From Camelus dromedarius (lineage: Eukaryota): a stretch of 64,000 nucleotides of DNA. Both the position numbers and the translations under genes were made by a program. A model generated the notes under the pieces. The model made no database searches, was not told the origin of the DNA, and saw only the letters and a program-made list of their open reading frames with translations. Shown piece by piece: positions 50,714-64,000 of this stretch (position 1 is the stretch's first letter; every line of letters begins with the position of its first letter). The stretch covers positions 32,056,001-32,120,000 of the forward strand of contig NC_087437.1 in the NCBI RefSeq assembly GCF_036321535.1. The letters are read 5' to 3'.

Positions 50714-51794
50714 AATACTTCATAACATTGTAATGTGGAATATTGAAATAATACCTATAAAGGACCTGGCATAGAGCAAATGATTTTAAAAATAGTAGCA
50801 ATCAATTGTTATTCTAAGTATTATTTTTAATAAGATCTAATTATACTGGAAATATCAATGAATTAAAAAAATTAAGCCATTTAGTAGAGCCCTAGTATTT
50901 TATTATAAATATTATTGTTTTCAATGTCAGGCATACTTTTGGGCACATAGTAAACATTTAATGTATTTTTCTGACATTATGGAATATATGCTGCCAACAG
51001 AAGAATGTATATAAATATATTTAAGTAATGAAATAGACCATTAGCAATACCACTGAAGGCACCAGTGTGCTCTGCCCCTGTGCTTATCCCTTCCTCTCTC
51101 TGAAAACCTCCCTTGTAGAGAAACCAGTATCAGGTTTTAAAAGCCATTTTTAATCAGTGGGAATCACTTTGGAACAGGTAAAGTTCTGCTTACTGGTGGT
51201 GTATAATTCTTTGCCCTATAATACTGGAAGACTTTTGGTACCTCCTTTTCCGTTGTCTGTTCAGAGTTTGAGATATTGACCTTTAAAATAAAAATTTTAA
51301 AGATTGTATTGACTGATAAGTTTATAGTCACTCTTATTAGAAATTCCAAAACCATGACTGAGTCCAGGTCATTAGAGACCTGCTAGCACTGCTTTTCTGT
51401 TGGGCTCAGTTGGTCTGTCTGAGCAATGTGTGAAGTTTCTCCGTCCCACCTATGCTCAGGGCTCCCTGAACCACACCCATCCTGGAGATTTATAGCTCCT
51501 TCTGAGACACCTTCTAGTAGCAGCCTAAATAGTCCCACTGCCTAAAATCTCTCCTTGAAAAAAGGAATGGTTAAGCGTCTGGCTTTCCAGAGGCTTCCTT
51601 TACTGCATGAAAAGTAGAATTGGTGAGTAAGACATCAGCAGGGCAAATAAAAAGAGTACTGGCTGTTCAAACTGTCAATTTGAGAAATTTTCTTTGCATC
51701 AATATTCCCACAGTAAGTTCCACCCTTGGAGAACAGAAAGGTGGCAGCAGGTGGAAAGTCCTCACAGCTGGGCCTTGCTTGACTGAGCAGGTGT

Positions 51795-52033
51795 GGGTGG
51801 TGGTATAGTGTCCCACTCTGGGCTCAGAAGCTCCTACCTACATTTGAATCCTGGCATTGCTACTAGCCAGTCATGCACCTCAGGCAAGTTACTTAACTCT
51901 CCATGGCTCAGTTTATAAAACAGCTGAATGTGACTGTCTCATAGAGTGGTTGTGAGGATTCAGTGAGCTAAAACCAAAGCATTCAGAACAAAGCCTGGCA
52001 CAGGGAAATGCTAAATAAACGTTAGCTGTTATT
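51795..52033 (+). mobile_element. Near full-length MIR
   Basis: tttgaatcctggc...ggcaagttacttaactct...ctcatagagtggttgtgaggattcagtgag...gcctggcacag...aataaacgttagctgttatt. Confidence 0.85.
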
Positions 52034-55000
52034 GCTTGAGTGTCAAAAATCCCAAATGCAAATGCAGACATATCTGAATTATCATCAAAATTAAAACAAG
52101 CTGTCTCAGAAGCAGTATATCCCCTTAATTTTTCCTAGTTAACTTATTTTGTGAATTGATAATGGTTTGGAAGTTCTAAAATGTCCAAAACCCCTATACC
52201 AGCTCAGTCTAAGCAAATACGGGCCAGTGTTTAGGTAACCTGCTAAAAGTTTATCTAGAAACGAAATTTGCTCAACATTTTACCAAGAAAGCCTATTTCT
52301 CTTTTTTAAAAATGTTACAATTAAGTCAAAACACTATATAGCTTAAGGTTTTCTTAGTGACTTGAATTCTCATGATCTCTAGATAGCTAGATCTTTTTCT
52401 CTTTGTAATTATTTCCCAGTCTTTTTCAAATTTTTCCTGTATCTGAAGAAAAATATTCTACTGTTACAACATTTTCAATCCTACAAAAGGTCACTGTTAT
52501 TGAAGTAGGCAAGGAAGGAATAATCCAGTAAAATAAAGTCATCCAGTTACCTATAAACTCCAAGAATAATTAGACAGTTAACAAATTTCATTCTTTAAAA
52601 ATTATGCTACCCAGACAAGGATATTCTCTTCTAGCCTGAACATATCAGCACAAAGATATATGCAAAATACTTGCAGAGTAAGTAGGCATCAAACGTTCTT
52701 AGTTTATCATATTCAGAAGCCTAGATCCAATAATTTTTAAAATAGAACATTGAGCGGGCAAGCTGCCTAAAATCCTTTTTTGCAGAACAAAGGAGAGAAT
52801 AAATAAACAAAAATATTGTTAATATCTCTCTTAGGCAGATTATCCTCCAATTTTGAGCTGATTTTTAAAATAGCATTGCAAAAAGTCATATTCCACAATC
52901 CTTTCTTTTATCCTCTGATCATGCCTCAATTTTTCTGTATATCAGCTTGGAGTAATTGAACATATTTTTATTCTCATTGATAAATAAAAGTTCTTTTAGA
53001 ATTTAAACATATTTACATACTCTAAATGATATTTAATCCAATGCAAAGGGAATGAGTTCCCATTCTTTCCTTACTATTTTTGACTCAGTTTGCATGATTA
53101 CAGGAACACACAGTTTCCGTGGGCTCGTGGGAGAGTAATAAATCATGCCGAGTAAAACAATACTGTCGAGGTAAAACAATTTTTAAAAATAAGTCTCAGT
53201 AATAAAATTCAAGAAACAGCTGATGAAAACAGATGTATCCTTTGTTTTGAATGAATCTCAAATTTCGTAAAATGGCAAAAATTAAGGATCAGTTGGACTC
53301 AGTTCAACTCTGTGCATTTGGCACAGAATGATAAAGTAAGCCCTACCTTTGTAAAAAAGAAACTCCACAAGGTATACACTAGTACTTATAGAGCAATTAT
53401 GGCTTTTATTTCAGTGTGGAACTCACAGTGTCTTCCTCATAGAGATGTCTGAACGAAGCTGATTTAGGATTTAAAACAGAAATCAAAGAATGTGAAAGGT
53501 ACCTTTCTTTTATGTCTTGCTATTGGAGACAATAATGTAACCAAATAAATTATGGTTTTAGAATGACTGAGTTTTCTTTACAGGGCAGAAAACTGAACGT
53601 GGTCTGCTGTCAAATAAGTGTTTCCAATTTGAGTATTTTTTTCCAAGATAGCATTCAGAATGGCCACATTTATGTCTGAAAATCCAAATCTCTCTTCATT
53701 TGTGCTGAGAGTTTATTTTCCAGCATCTTTTCTTTGCATTGACTCCCAAATACTTACAGACCTTAAAGCTTGTAGAAGTGTATCTAATTTGAGCTTCGAA
53801 CATAGTGTTATTTTGTGAGTTGATAAAGGATTTAGAGGTTCTATAGTTCGGATTTACTCTTTAAAAACTGGGGGCTTGGGAACTTAGCCTTTTAAAGGTA
53901 AATCTTTTGTGTGGACTCAGGCAACTCAGAATAAATTATACAGAGCCAGAATTTCTTCTCCCATCACACCACGGTCCCCTCATGTAAATGACCTCTCATT
54001 GATTATCCCCAACAATGGTTCCACTATTTCTTTTTGCTTCAATTAAGCAAACTTTTTGAAAGACCAGTTGGGATTTTAGCATTGAAACATTTCTAGAGAA
54101 CTCAAAGAAGCAGCCCATCTTTACATAATATCTGTTTAGCAAATGTGGTATAATCACAGAATGACAGAAAAAAGTAACCACAGGTCTTCTGGCCAATCAT
54201 GGAAACCATTCTGAAGAAAGTTGCTTATTATGGGTCCAAAAAGAAAGAAAAGAAATAGGAAGAAAGAAAAATGAAAGGAGGAAAGAAAGAGAAATTGTGT
54301 TTGAACCTTTTGCCAGGAAAAAAAATGTGCTTTGTGGTCATTAGAAAAGGAACAATATGGTAAGATTTAACTCAGTTGAACTATACATCAGCTACAATTG
54401 AACTTTCCATAATTTACTCATTACATTACATAATTTACTCATTCTACAATTAAATACAAGATGTCTATCTTTCTTTGCACCTACTTATTTTCAAACGAAA
54501 TAGCCAGGATGTTTTATTCATGGTAGTTAAGATGTAACTCCCAAAATACAAGTTAGATAGAAATACTTGGATAAGTATTACTTCATTACTTATAGGAGAG
54601 AATGAAATGGAAAAATGCAGTTTGCAAAAGTGTAAACATTGCCTGATACTGGCGATTTCCTTTTAAAAAAAAAAAAAAGATTTTTGGTACTTGCCCCCTA
54701 TCCCTCCAATGTCCCCTTTTTTACTTCCTGGATTTTGCCTCGGGTTAATTATTTCTGGTCTCATAGCAACTATGTTTTTTCATTGTGAACTGCCTTAACT
54801 GCTTGCTGGAAGTAAGCAGGGCATAAATAAATAAGTAAATCAAAATATGCAAACGAATTGCAGCTAGTAGGATGGGGTTTTGAAGGCATGTCTGGCCAGG
54901 ATGTGTTCAAATGAGGTTTGAAATGTACTAGTTTGAAGAAAAAGATTACTTCCCAAATTGCTTTCCACTCATTTGTGAGCTCTCCTTCATGTAAACAGTG

Positions 55001-55070
55001 GAAATATAGCAAAACAGCCTTTTAGGATTTTTAGATAAGGTTGTGTTGAGATCTTGAATGGACTCACATT

Positions 55071-55393
55071 TTGTTTTAGTCTATTTGGGCTGCTGTAACA
55101 AAATATCACATGCTGGGTGGCTTGTAAATGACCAAGATTCATTTCTCACAGTTTTGGAGATTGCAAAGTCCAAGCTCCTGGTGCTGGCAGATTTGGTGTT
55201 TGGTTCCATGGAGGAAGGAGACAAGAAAACTCTCTGGAAACTCTTTTATAAGGGCACTAATCCCATTCATGAGGGCTTCACCCTCAAAACGTAATCACAT
55301 CCCAAAAGCTCTACATCCTAATACCATCACCTTGTGGGGTTAGGTATCAACATATGAATTTTGGGGGTGGGGGTACACATTTAGACTATAATA
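55071..55393. mobile_element. MLT1A-like MaLR solo LTR
   Basis: tagtctatttgggctgctgtaacaaaata...ctcttttataagggcactaatcccattcatgagggc...caacatatgaattttgggg. Confidence 0.88.
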
Positions 55394-57659
55394 TGGGTTA
55401 ATCTTCCCATTTCTCAGCAGAGTAACAGAAGAGTCACCTCATTGTATCTATTGTTTTCATTTTATCTACTGTATGAGATACTAAAATCAGTGCATTTTGC
55501 CTTCAAGGTAATTCTCATTTTTTAAGGTGGAGGAAAGTAGAATATTTCCTCCAGGAAATCTTTGTAACTTCCATTGTTTCCTCCCATCACATTCCTTCTG
55601 TACCAATTTAATTTGTACCTACCAGTCATAAAGTAGAAAGAGTTGATCACTAAATAATGCTTTAGAAATGAAGAGCTATCATAGAAAAGGTGGGCTCTGG
55701 GAAGCGTTTTGAAGGAGAAAAGAGACATTTGATTGAGATAGGGACCATCATCACAGAGGATGCTACCTACAGCTGAAGGAAGTTTGCTCTCTAAAGAAGG
55801 CAGCAGTAGAAGGAAGAGCTGGAGAAAATGTAGACAGCTAGAGGAGCTTAGGGATTTAGAAAGCCAGGGATTTCTAAAATCAACCATAATAAGTAAACAA
55901 AGATTTCAGGGAAGTGAGATAGTTAGGAAAGTTTGTCTTCTATTTTTCTGGGTGCACTGCCAGATATTTGAAACTCTATGGGATCTACACAGCACTGAAG
56001 CTGGGAAATCTTCAGTCCTGAAAACATTTATTTTCCAGACATCTTAAACTGATTAATCTTAAATAGCAACTATTTCTTTATCTACTCTAGATTTATTTAT
56101 TACTTAACAAGGAATAAGCTGATGTCAAGATATCCTTCTCAGTGTCATTTCTTATGTGTTATCTACATGTAGATAACAAGACATATTCTGGTTGATGCTA
56201 AGAACTGCAACATGAACATTTCAGTTTGACAGTCCACTGCTGATCAGCCAACTGTCACAGACATCTTTCCGTAGGGCTTTTTAGCTCAGTCCCTGTGAAC
56301 CAGTACCAAGTTCCCAAATCCTATTCACTACAAAATAAATTCAGGCTTACATTTTTTGATAAATAAAGAAGAGAGCTGAAATGTAAATATCAGCCCAAAT
56401 AGTACAGTTCTGGCTGTGCAACAAAACTCATTTACTTTCAAGTGTTCTCTTCATATTTTTTGAAAGCACAATTGTAAAAAATTATCTCATGGTGATACCA
56501 CCTCTGTCAAAGCCTACTGGGAGTTTTGGGGATTCTTCCAGATCCTGGTTGAAATATGATGAATCAAGTAACATAGAAAAAAATCAAAATCAAAACTTAA
56601 TAGGAAAATCTTGTATATATCCCCCATATTATTATATATGAAACCGTTAATTAGGAGCCCTCTCCCTCCCCCTTCCTCTCCGTCATTCCCCCTTTTCACA
56701 GGAGTGGGATGGAGTGAGGAATTCTAGGAATGTTACACAGGAAGTATCAATGCACCACAATTTCTGCCCAGGGAAGGATCATTTCTAAGTGAAGAAAAAC
56801 CAAAGCCCCTTCCAACAGCATAAGGGTTGAATTTTATCTAACTCTGCAGTGCCTTGCACATATTAGGTGTGTGATAGATGTTCAGAAACTATATAATAAA
56901 TACTTGATGATCCCTGGGTTTCTATTTACCCTAACATTGCCAAAGATGATCATTTTTAAAGGCTATTGATTAACTTACATTGAAAACAAATGGGTCTTAC
57001 AAAGACACCTGTAGGGTATGACTGTGTGTCTATAAACATATATGCATCATGCATGAATGTACATATGTGGGCATGGCCAGATCCCCTGAGGGATTCTACC
57101 CTGTGGGGCATGGATCCTTGAGACCACTGCCTCTTATACTTTCCTATACATACACATCACCTGAAGATCTTGTTAACTTGTAGATTCTGATTCAAGTGTC
57201 CAGTGATCCCCAATGCTGAGGACCACTCTTTGGCCACTATACAGAAGGAGACCCGAAAGATTTGAAAACCAGTAGCCACCACCCATGACTGGAACCCAAT
57301 GTCTACAGTGTTTCTGGCCTTTCTCACAACCTACCATTCCATCAGCTGCCATTTAAAAGTACCAGACACTGAACTAGTGGATACTCAGGTTCCAGTCTCA
57401 ACCTAACAGTCAGCAAGTATATGTGGCCCACCTGCTATGAGCCCATTACTGGGGTAGGTAGTAAAGGAGGACAAGGAAGTGTAAGGTGTGGTACCTTCCT
57501 CCAGAGTGCTTAGAGCAATGGGAGTGTGTGGATTCAAACACTAAATGAATGCAAGGGAAATGCAACCAGAAGACAATCAGGTGCAGACCCCACATTACAG
57601 GTGTGCACTCTCAGGAGCTCAGAGCAGGGAAGAAGGCAATGACCTAGGAAGGTAAATAG

Positions 57660-58050
57660 ATGACTTTTTCCTGGATTAGGCTCCCCAGAAACAGTCAGAC
57701 TCTGGGATGATTTACGTGTAAATTAACTATTTGGAAACTGCAGGCGACAAGCAGGGGAGTAGAAGAGTGAGACAGAGAAAAGAAGGAGCTCAGAAAGGAT
57801 GCCCGGGGGTTCTGGGGAAAGGTTACCTCATTTGAGGGGTGACAGAGTTGAGGTATAAATACCCCCATCACTGGTTGAGGGACTGTTAATTTCTCACATT
57901 TCTATCCTGCCCACATGATAGCCAGTTGGCTGGTGAAGTCTGGGAAAGCCACAGGCACAGAAAGGCAGATGCTGGCATTTGGAAGGAGCTGGCTTATGCT
58001 GAAGTGATTTAAGACTGAGGGCTGTGGGCAGAGCAAGGTCTGCCACCACA
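57660..58050. mobile_element. Old ERVL-type LTR fragment (LTR33/LTR16-like)
   Basis: ggctccccagaaacag..cagactctggga...gcagatgctggc...gctgtgggcagagcaaggtctgccac. Confidence 0.45.
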
Positions 58051-58779
58051 GCCTTAGAAGAGCAGCAGGGCTTGAGCTGGAATTAGCAACTACTTCATCC
58101 TCTCAACCCACCTGCTGCGAAAGCCCAGTGAGTTGTCCTTCCTGCCAAATCCAGGATTCATTTACATCTCAAGCTCAAGCCCAGAAGGGGCAGTCACTAA
58201 ATGGAAACTTCCTGCTTTTCATGGGGCAACCACAGGCCTACTTCCTCACAGATACTGGTGCAAAAAAGTCAGAAATCCCCTCTGAAGACAGGAGATGAGA
58301 TCTGTGGAGACCGGGCCAACTATTCTTAGGGTTCAGTCCTGAGGGGAGACTGGTCAAAGGCCTCTTCTAGAGGCTGCCGCCGCATTGTCGGCCTTGCCAA
58401 GCTCCTCACTCACAGAGCCACTGAAAGTCCTTTGTTGATTTGGTCAGTTGGCCTAAATTACAGTTCGTAATTACAAGACATTGTTGAAAATTGTTGCAAC
58501 ATGTAACTTTTGTAACCATTATTTACTAGTCTACATTTGCAACTATTTGTGGGGACTGTTTGTCCTTTTACCAGGCTGTTTAGTTTCTCGGGAACTCTGA
58601 GGTACACAATATTCATTGACTTGCCTACACAGTAAAGGGAAACAAAATACTGTTCCAAGGTGACCTGGGCACCAGTGATAAATAAGTTTGGAGAAAGGAG
58701 GTAGAAAACAGGAACTGTCTGCTAATCAATAAGGAGTTTCCATCACCCGAAACCAGTCTCTGGTCCAGCCTCAACCCTC

Positions 58780-59165
58780 TCCCCTCCTTCTATTGTCCAT
58801 TCCACGCTCCAGGCACTTGAAACTCTTCACGGTTTCCAGAAGGGTCAAGGCTTTCCCCCAGTTGCTTACCATTGTACTTGCTGTGTCCTCCTGTGAATAC
58901 CTTCCTCCCCCTTCCCTGACATAATCCTGTCGTCCGACAAGCCAAACTTAGAACACCCTTCCAAATTTGGCCATGCCAGGTCAGTTGTTCTCTCTTGATC
59001 CAGTTCAGCATTCAGTAGTGAGAGGCATCAAATAAAACTTTAATGAACAGTTTGTACATTTCCCTTGCCCCCATTCACTGTGAGCCCCTCTAGGGCAGGG
59101 ACCATGTCCTTCTCCTCTCTGGGTCCCCATCACCAGCACTGGGGTTTGCACCCAGAAAGAATCAG
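58780..59165 (+). mobile_element. L2 fragment
   Basis: cactgtgagcccctctagggcagggaccatgtc...tccccatcaccagcac. Confidence 0.6.
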
Positions 59166-61019
59166 CAACTCAACCCTGCGTCATTGAAGGAAAGAGGCTA
59201 TGGAAAATCAGCACCGTTATTTGAAACTGTATTTTGTCGATACTTAACTTTTTCTGTTTTTGTTTTCTTTACATTTCCCCAGAGCTTTATTATTAATACC
59301 ATTTATAATTAGCATGTAACCTTTGTACAATATAAAAAACAATAAAGCTATTTGCATTTCAGAAAAAAGTCTTTCTCAATCAATGACAATTCCGAAGTAT
59401 TAAGTAGCTGCCGGGAGGCACCAACCAAGGCTTAAGAAAATGGATCCCCAGAGACATTGAGCCTACCAAAGTTTTAACTAAATACTCCTTCCTTGGGGAA
59501 ACTGTGGCTTTTAAGTTACAGGTTCTTCCTCTTGTAAAATGGCCCCCAGGGCCTTTAGTCTTGATTTGCAAGTTAAAGGTGCATGGCTTCCAGCCAGCTC
59601 CGACTTTGCAGGATGTTTTCCCACCGTCAGGGTGAGGACAGTAATGTGGTTCTCAGTTGCCTTTGTCAATTCTTTTCCTTTTCCTCCTGAAAGTGTTTTT
59701 GTGGAAGGCCTGCCGGATGTCACAGAAAGGCGACCTGGGCAAGATGTGTGTCACTTCTCTACTTGAAGAGTGTCCATGACTCTGAGCCCAGAGAGGATGT
59801 AATAAAGACGCCCTGTTGCTTGGCCAGCATATTCCAGCCAGTTAGAAAAACAAGGCAGAGGGCACAGGATTTCACACCCACCCTGGCAGCGGCCGGGCTC
59901 AGAGGGCACGCCATTTGATTCTTCACAGGTGCAGACTGTTGGTCTCCAGCGAAGGAAGACAACTGGCCGTAGCATCCTCCCACGTGCTATGAGATCATGT
60001 GTAAAGAGCGGTTTAGAGCATCTCTGTTTCCGCCACACAGGTCTGCTGCCTTGTGGGTCTGGTGGGGTGGGAGAAACACAGCTATGGAGTGTGTGCTCGG
60101 TACCAGTGTGCGCCTTCTAATGAGACGAGTTCCTGGTAAGGATGATACTATTAAACTAAAATTGTTTCAGTTCGTTCATTTGAGATGTAAGTGGTTGGAC
60201 AGAACACATGAATTCAGCTTGTCTTCTCCAAAAAAATCAAAGTCATTCCTAAAGGAGACTCTTTTCCATGTAGGCCCATGTTAGGAAAGAGGGTTGTAAT
60301 AACCACAATATTCAACCCAGTGGGCCGAGACCATTTGCAGGCTCAGAGAGTCTAATGAGTGAAGATAATGGTGAAAAACATAAAGCCTCTGGAATTGAAG
60401 CATTCTACTTCAGTTCTTCATGAACAAGAAAAGTCTATCTGGTCTGGATTTAATTTAAACCACTTCAGATTTAGTTAATGAGAGTTTAAAAAAAAATTGC
60501 TGCAAAGTTATTTGGGCTGTTTTTATAGGTAGGGAGTTGGGGACCACCTACCCTTTATGGAAAGCAATGCACTTTCAGTGCCCCAAGAAAACAAGGCCTA
60601 TTTTAAATCATAAAATTTTTACAAAACGTGGCTTTACTATTGTTTTTGTTACTCTTATTCCCCTCAGGAACAGTGGTCTGCAATATAAATATAAAGCAGA
60701 TATACATTCCATGCTGAGAAAAAAATCTATATATCTCAGTTATTCCCTAACAAAGAAAGAAGCTATAGCTATTTCTGCTTTTTTTTTTTTTTTACCTTTA
60801 ATGGTACTTGCAGTTACCTCATTCCTTTTCTTTTTGTCCTTTTTTTGATGTGCCCCCCACATACCCATCCAATCTCTTTCCCTGGAGAAGCCAGGAAGAG
60901 GCATACCATTTACCAGTTGCTTTCTTTCTTAATTTCAGTCTATTAGGCTTAGGTTTCAGTCTGTATCCAAATAAATGCAATGAGATGGCCTTGGGCACCA
61001 CTGAGGAAGTAATAAATTG

Positions 61020-61260
61020 CTGATATTCATTGAATGTTTACCCTTTGCCAGACAATGTTTTCCATGTCAACTCATTAAATCCTCACAACGAAACTATGAG
61101 GTGAATAACACTGCTATTCCTACTTTACAGATGAGGAAACTGAGTCAAGAGGGGTGATGTGTCTTGCTCAAGGCCACACTGTTGATAAGCGGCTAAGTCA
61201 GGATTCAAACCAAGGTGGTCTGACTTGTGAGACCACCCTATTAGTCACCATGTTATTCTG
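61020..61260 (-). mobile_element. MIR
   Basis: ctcattaaatcctcacaac...ctatgagg...tttacagatgaggaaactgag...ggattcaaaccaagg...tctgac. Confidence 0.85.
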
Positions 61261-61973
61261 TATAGATGTCCCCGGGGCAGCAAGATTACCCATGTGACGG
61301 ACAAGACACATCCTCAGTGACGATCACTGCGCAGTCCACAGTGGTGAAAGCTCCTCTTTGAGCTGTGCTTCAGCTAGCTTGCTGCCTGCTGAGGCCTTAC
61401 ACAGGAAAACCTCTTTTCACGATCCACTCAATGTCATCTTTCACTGATGTCACCTACTGAGGAGCCGGGATCTTTAGGAATCATAGATGGACATTGCCTC
61501 ATCATACACTTTCTGATGAATAACACCAGGTCCCCTGTCAAACTAACTCATCCTCAGCTTCCCCTGTTAGATATTAGAGATAAATTGTATAGGCTCTGAA
61601 GAATCAACATCCTTTTCCATCTTAATATTTTCTTCTCTTTTCTCTTAAGTTATAGTTATGTCACTGAGTAGAATTAGACAAAGACTTGTCTGAATGAAAG
61701 CGGCTAGTGAGAATCCAACCTTCCAGTTCATTTTTTTTTCCTGAACTTGGGAATATAATCCCTTTATTTGAAGACTTGGTTTTAAATATAGAATGCCTCA
61801 TAAAGCAAGTTTTCTGAGAGTTTTAGCAATAAAAAAATACAATAAATTGAAATTCACTTTATATATTAAGAATGAATCTATGATAATACAAGGACACATA
61901 ATAAAATTGTAAAAATGGACATTTTTATATTTTCAGGAAAAAAAGAAAACAATAGCCTATTCAAATAAAGTAA

Positions 61974-62077
<104 letters not shown>

Positions 62078-62299
62078 GTCTTTTTCATTTTGTACTTTTA
62101 TAGCCTTAATGCTGACATCAGTACAAATTTCCCTAAAATCTAATATGAAAACTTTCAAATTTTTAATTAACAGTACTCTCAAGTACTCATTCATTCTTTT
62201 GGCCACAGGTGAACTCAGATGGATAAGGTATGATTACTTCATCTCGGAGCTTAGAGACTCACTGAGAAGAAACAGACACGGACAGGCAAATTACGACGT

Positions 62300-62750
62300 G
62301 GCATAGTTGGTGTGATATTTGAGGTACAGGGAAAGTGTGGTGGGAATATAGAGGGGTGACTAACTGACTAAGCGAACTGGGAAGAGCTTACCCAGGAGGT
62401 GACACTTGATCTGAGTAAGGAAAGATAAGTAAGAGAAAGGGATGGAAACTATCCAGGCAGAAGAATAGGCCGTGGAGATCACAACTTATGTCAGAGCAAG
62501 GTATGCTCAGGGAAGGATGTAAAATGTTCACAGGTAGAACATAGGTGGGATGGAATAGCCTGGACAGATAAGAACTAAAGCTGGAGAAGGACGGTGAGGC
62601 CAAACCAAGGAGTTTAGATGATGTCCTACAGGCAGTGGAGGAGCCAACAGAGGACTTTGTGCAAGGAAGTAGGATAGTAGGATTCACACTTGTATCTTCA
62701 GAAAGAAAACTGGTAATCCTACAAGAGATGCATTAGAGTGGGAAGAAGCA
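62300..62750 (-). mobile_element. L2 fragment
   Basis: ccaggaggtgacacttgatctgag...ccaggcagaagaatag...aaggagtttaga...ggcagtggaggagcca. Confidence 0.65.
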
Positions 62751-64000
62751 CATTCTTCTTTCATTAGCCCTCTCCAGCTGGACAGGGTTTTACTGTATTG
62801 CTGTTGCTGTTGCTGTTGTTGTTATTATTATTAGTTAAATGTATCAAGCATGTCCTCTGTGGCAGGCATGTGCTAAGGGCTTTATAAGAACTCTCTGGAT
62901 GTGTGTCAGGGGATGGACCCTCAGGAGCTACTAAGAAGTAATTTCAGTCATTTCTGCTGTTGTTTGAGAGGTCTTCACTGCAGTCTTCTCATTTGAGAAA
63001 GACAAAAGGACCTGTGTAATTTTGCCATGCCAAGGACGTAGCTAATAAAATAATATTTCTTATTCATGCATCTGCTTCATCTGAACTCACCACAGAACTT
63101 GGGTGAATCCTGATATGATGAAGAGCCGGCTGTGTCCCTACTGGACAGGGCCAAGGAAGGTCCACCTCTGAGGCAACCACTCATCAGTTACCCCAGGAGT
63201 GGATGGACTTCTCTGCCATTTGGTCCCCTGAGTTTCACTCTCCGTCCAATAGATGTGCTTTGGATGCCAACACATGCCTGAAAATTGCCTAGGAGTCACT
63301 GCACAGCCTCCGATAGTGACACAAGCACTATATGGTTATTTAGCATGGTTTCACTTCAAATTTGAGCAAGAAAAGATCCCTGAGGAAATTTGGGAGAAAG
63401 AGAACATTTGTCCGTAGGGTTTTATTCTTTTGTTTTATAGATAGAACGTTCCTCTGCTGGGTTTACATCAGCAGATGGGAAAACTGTGACTGCTATCAAG
63501 TTGTTGAAAACAGTGTGCCCACCCAGATGGGCACTGATCTGAAAGACAGCTCCCCCCACCCCCCCGCCGCCCTGCCACCGCCACCAGGCTGGTTCTCCAT
63601 AGCCAGCCCTGCAGTTCCCATCCCCGGCTACACGCAAGCACAGAAGGTGAGGCATAAGTCAATTAATAACGTGTGCCACTGATCCCAGGCTGACTCTACT
63701 CCTGAGGCTATCCTGAGCCCAAGGGCTGGAGACTCCCTGGAGACTCCCTTCTTCATCTTAAGGATCAAACAATGCAATTTGCTGGAAGCCAGACAACAAG
63801 GGACGGATTGAACCACAGGTTCCAATCAGTCACAGACTGCATTTCAAAAGTTGGAGCAAGATACTTAAAGTTGCGCTGGCTTTTCTGCATTTCTAAAATC
63901 TTTTAAATCCTAGCAACAAAAATTATCTGATACTTGGAACTCCTGAATACATCTGAAAATTTTACTTTGGTGTCAAAGAGAAAATAATTTAATTAAGTCA

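Noticed and set aside
54408..54443. Direct repeat cataatttactcatt x2
   Set aside because: Simple local slippage duplication; two copies only, not an array.
59560..60140. Mildly CpG-enriched patch with overlapping ORFs
   Set aside because: Too CpG-poor for an island; no promoter or exon structure can be supported.

Overview
Mammalian (eutherian) genomic DNA, AT-rich and repeat-dense, with no prokaryotic features. The whole window appears to lie inside the VEPH1 gene (melted homolog) on the minus strand. Three internal coding exons are clear, with canonical AG/GT sites and compatible phases: 41452-41672 (221 nt), 26026-26235 (210 nt) and 25074-25471 (398 nt). The neighbouring exons were not found and presumably lie outside the window. 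The rest is intron filled with old MIR/L2/MaLR/hAT/Tigger/mariner relics and several younger 5'-truncated L1 insertions with target-site duplications (TSDs). Their 3' UTR style, with no recognisable BovB/Bov-tA, PRE1, CHR or Alu SINEs, suggests a cetartiodactyl, probably a camelid (inference). Most notable: (i) a full-length U6 snRNA/L1 chimeric retrocopy with TSDs; (ii) an L1 inserted into the 3' splice-site region of a VEPH1 exon, occupying the usual branch-point window; (iii) a 66-nt, frame-preserving, stop-free candidate cassette exon with a strong donor. I found no convincing evidence of a wholly new biological system. Repeat family names and reference sequences are from memory, not from a search, and boundaries of old repeats are approximate.
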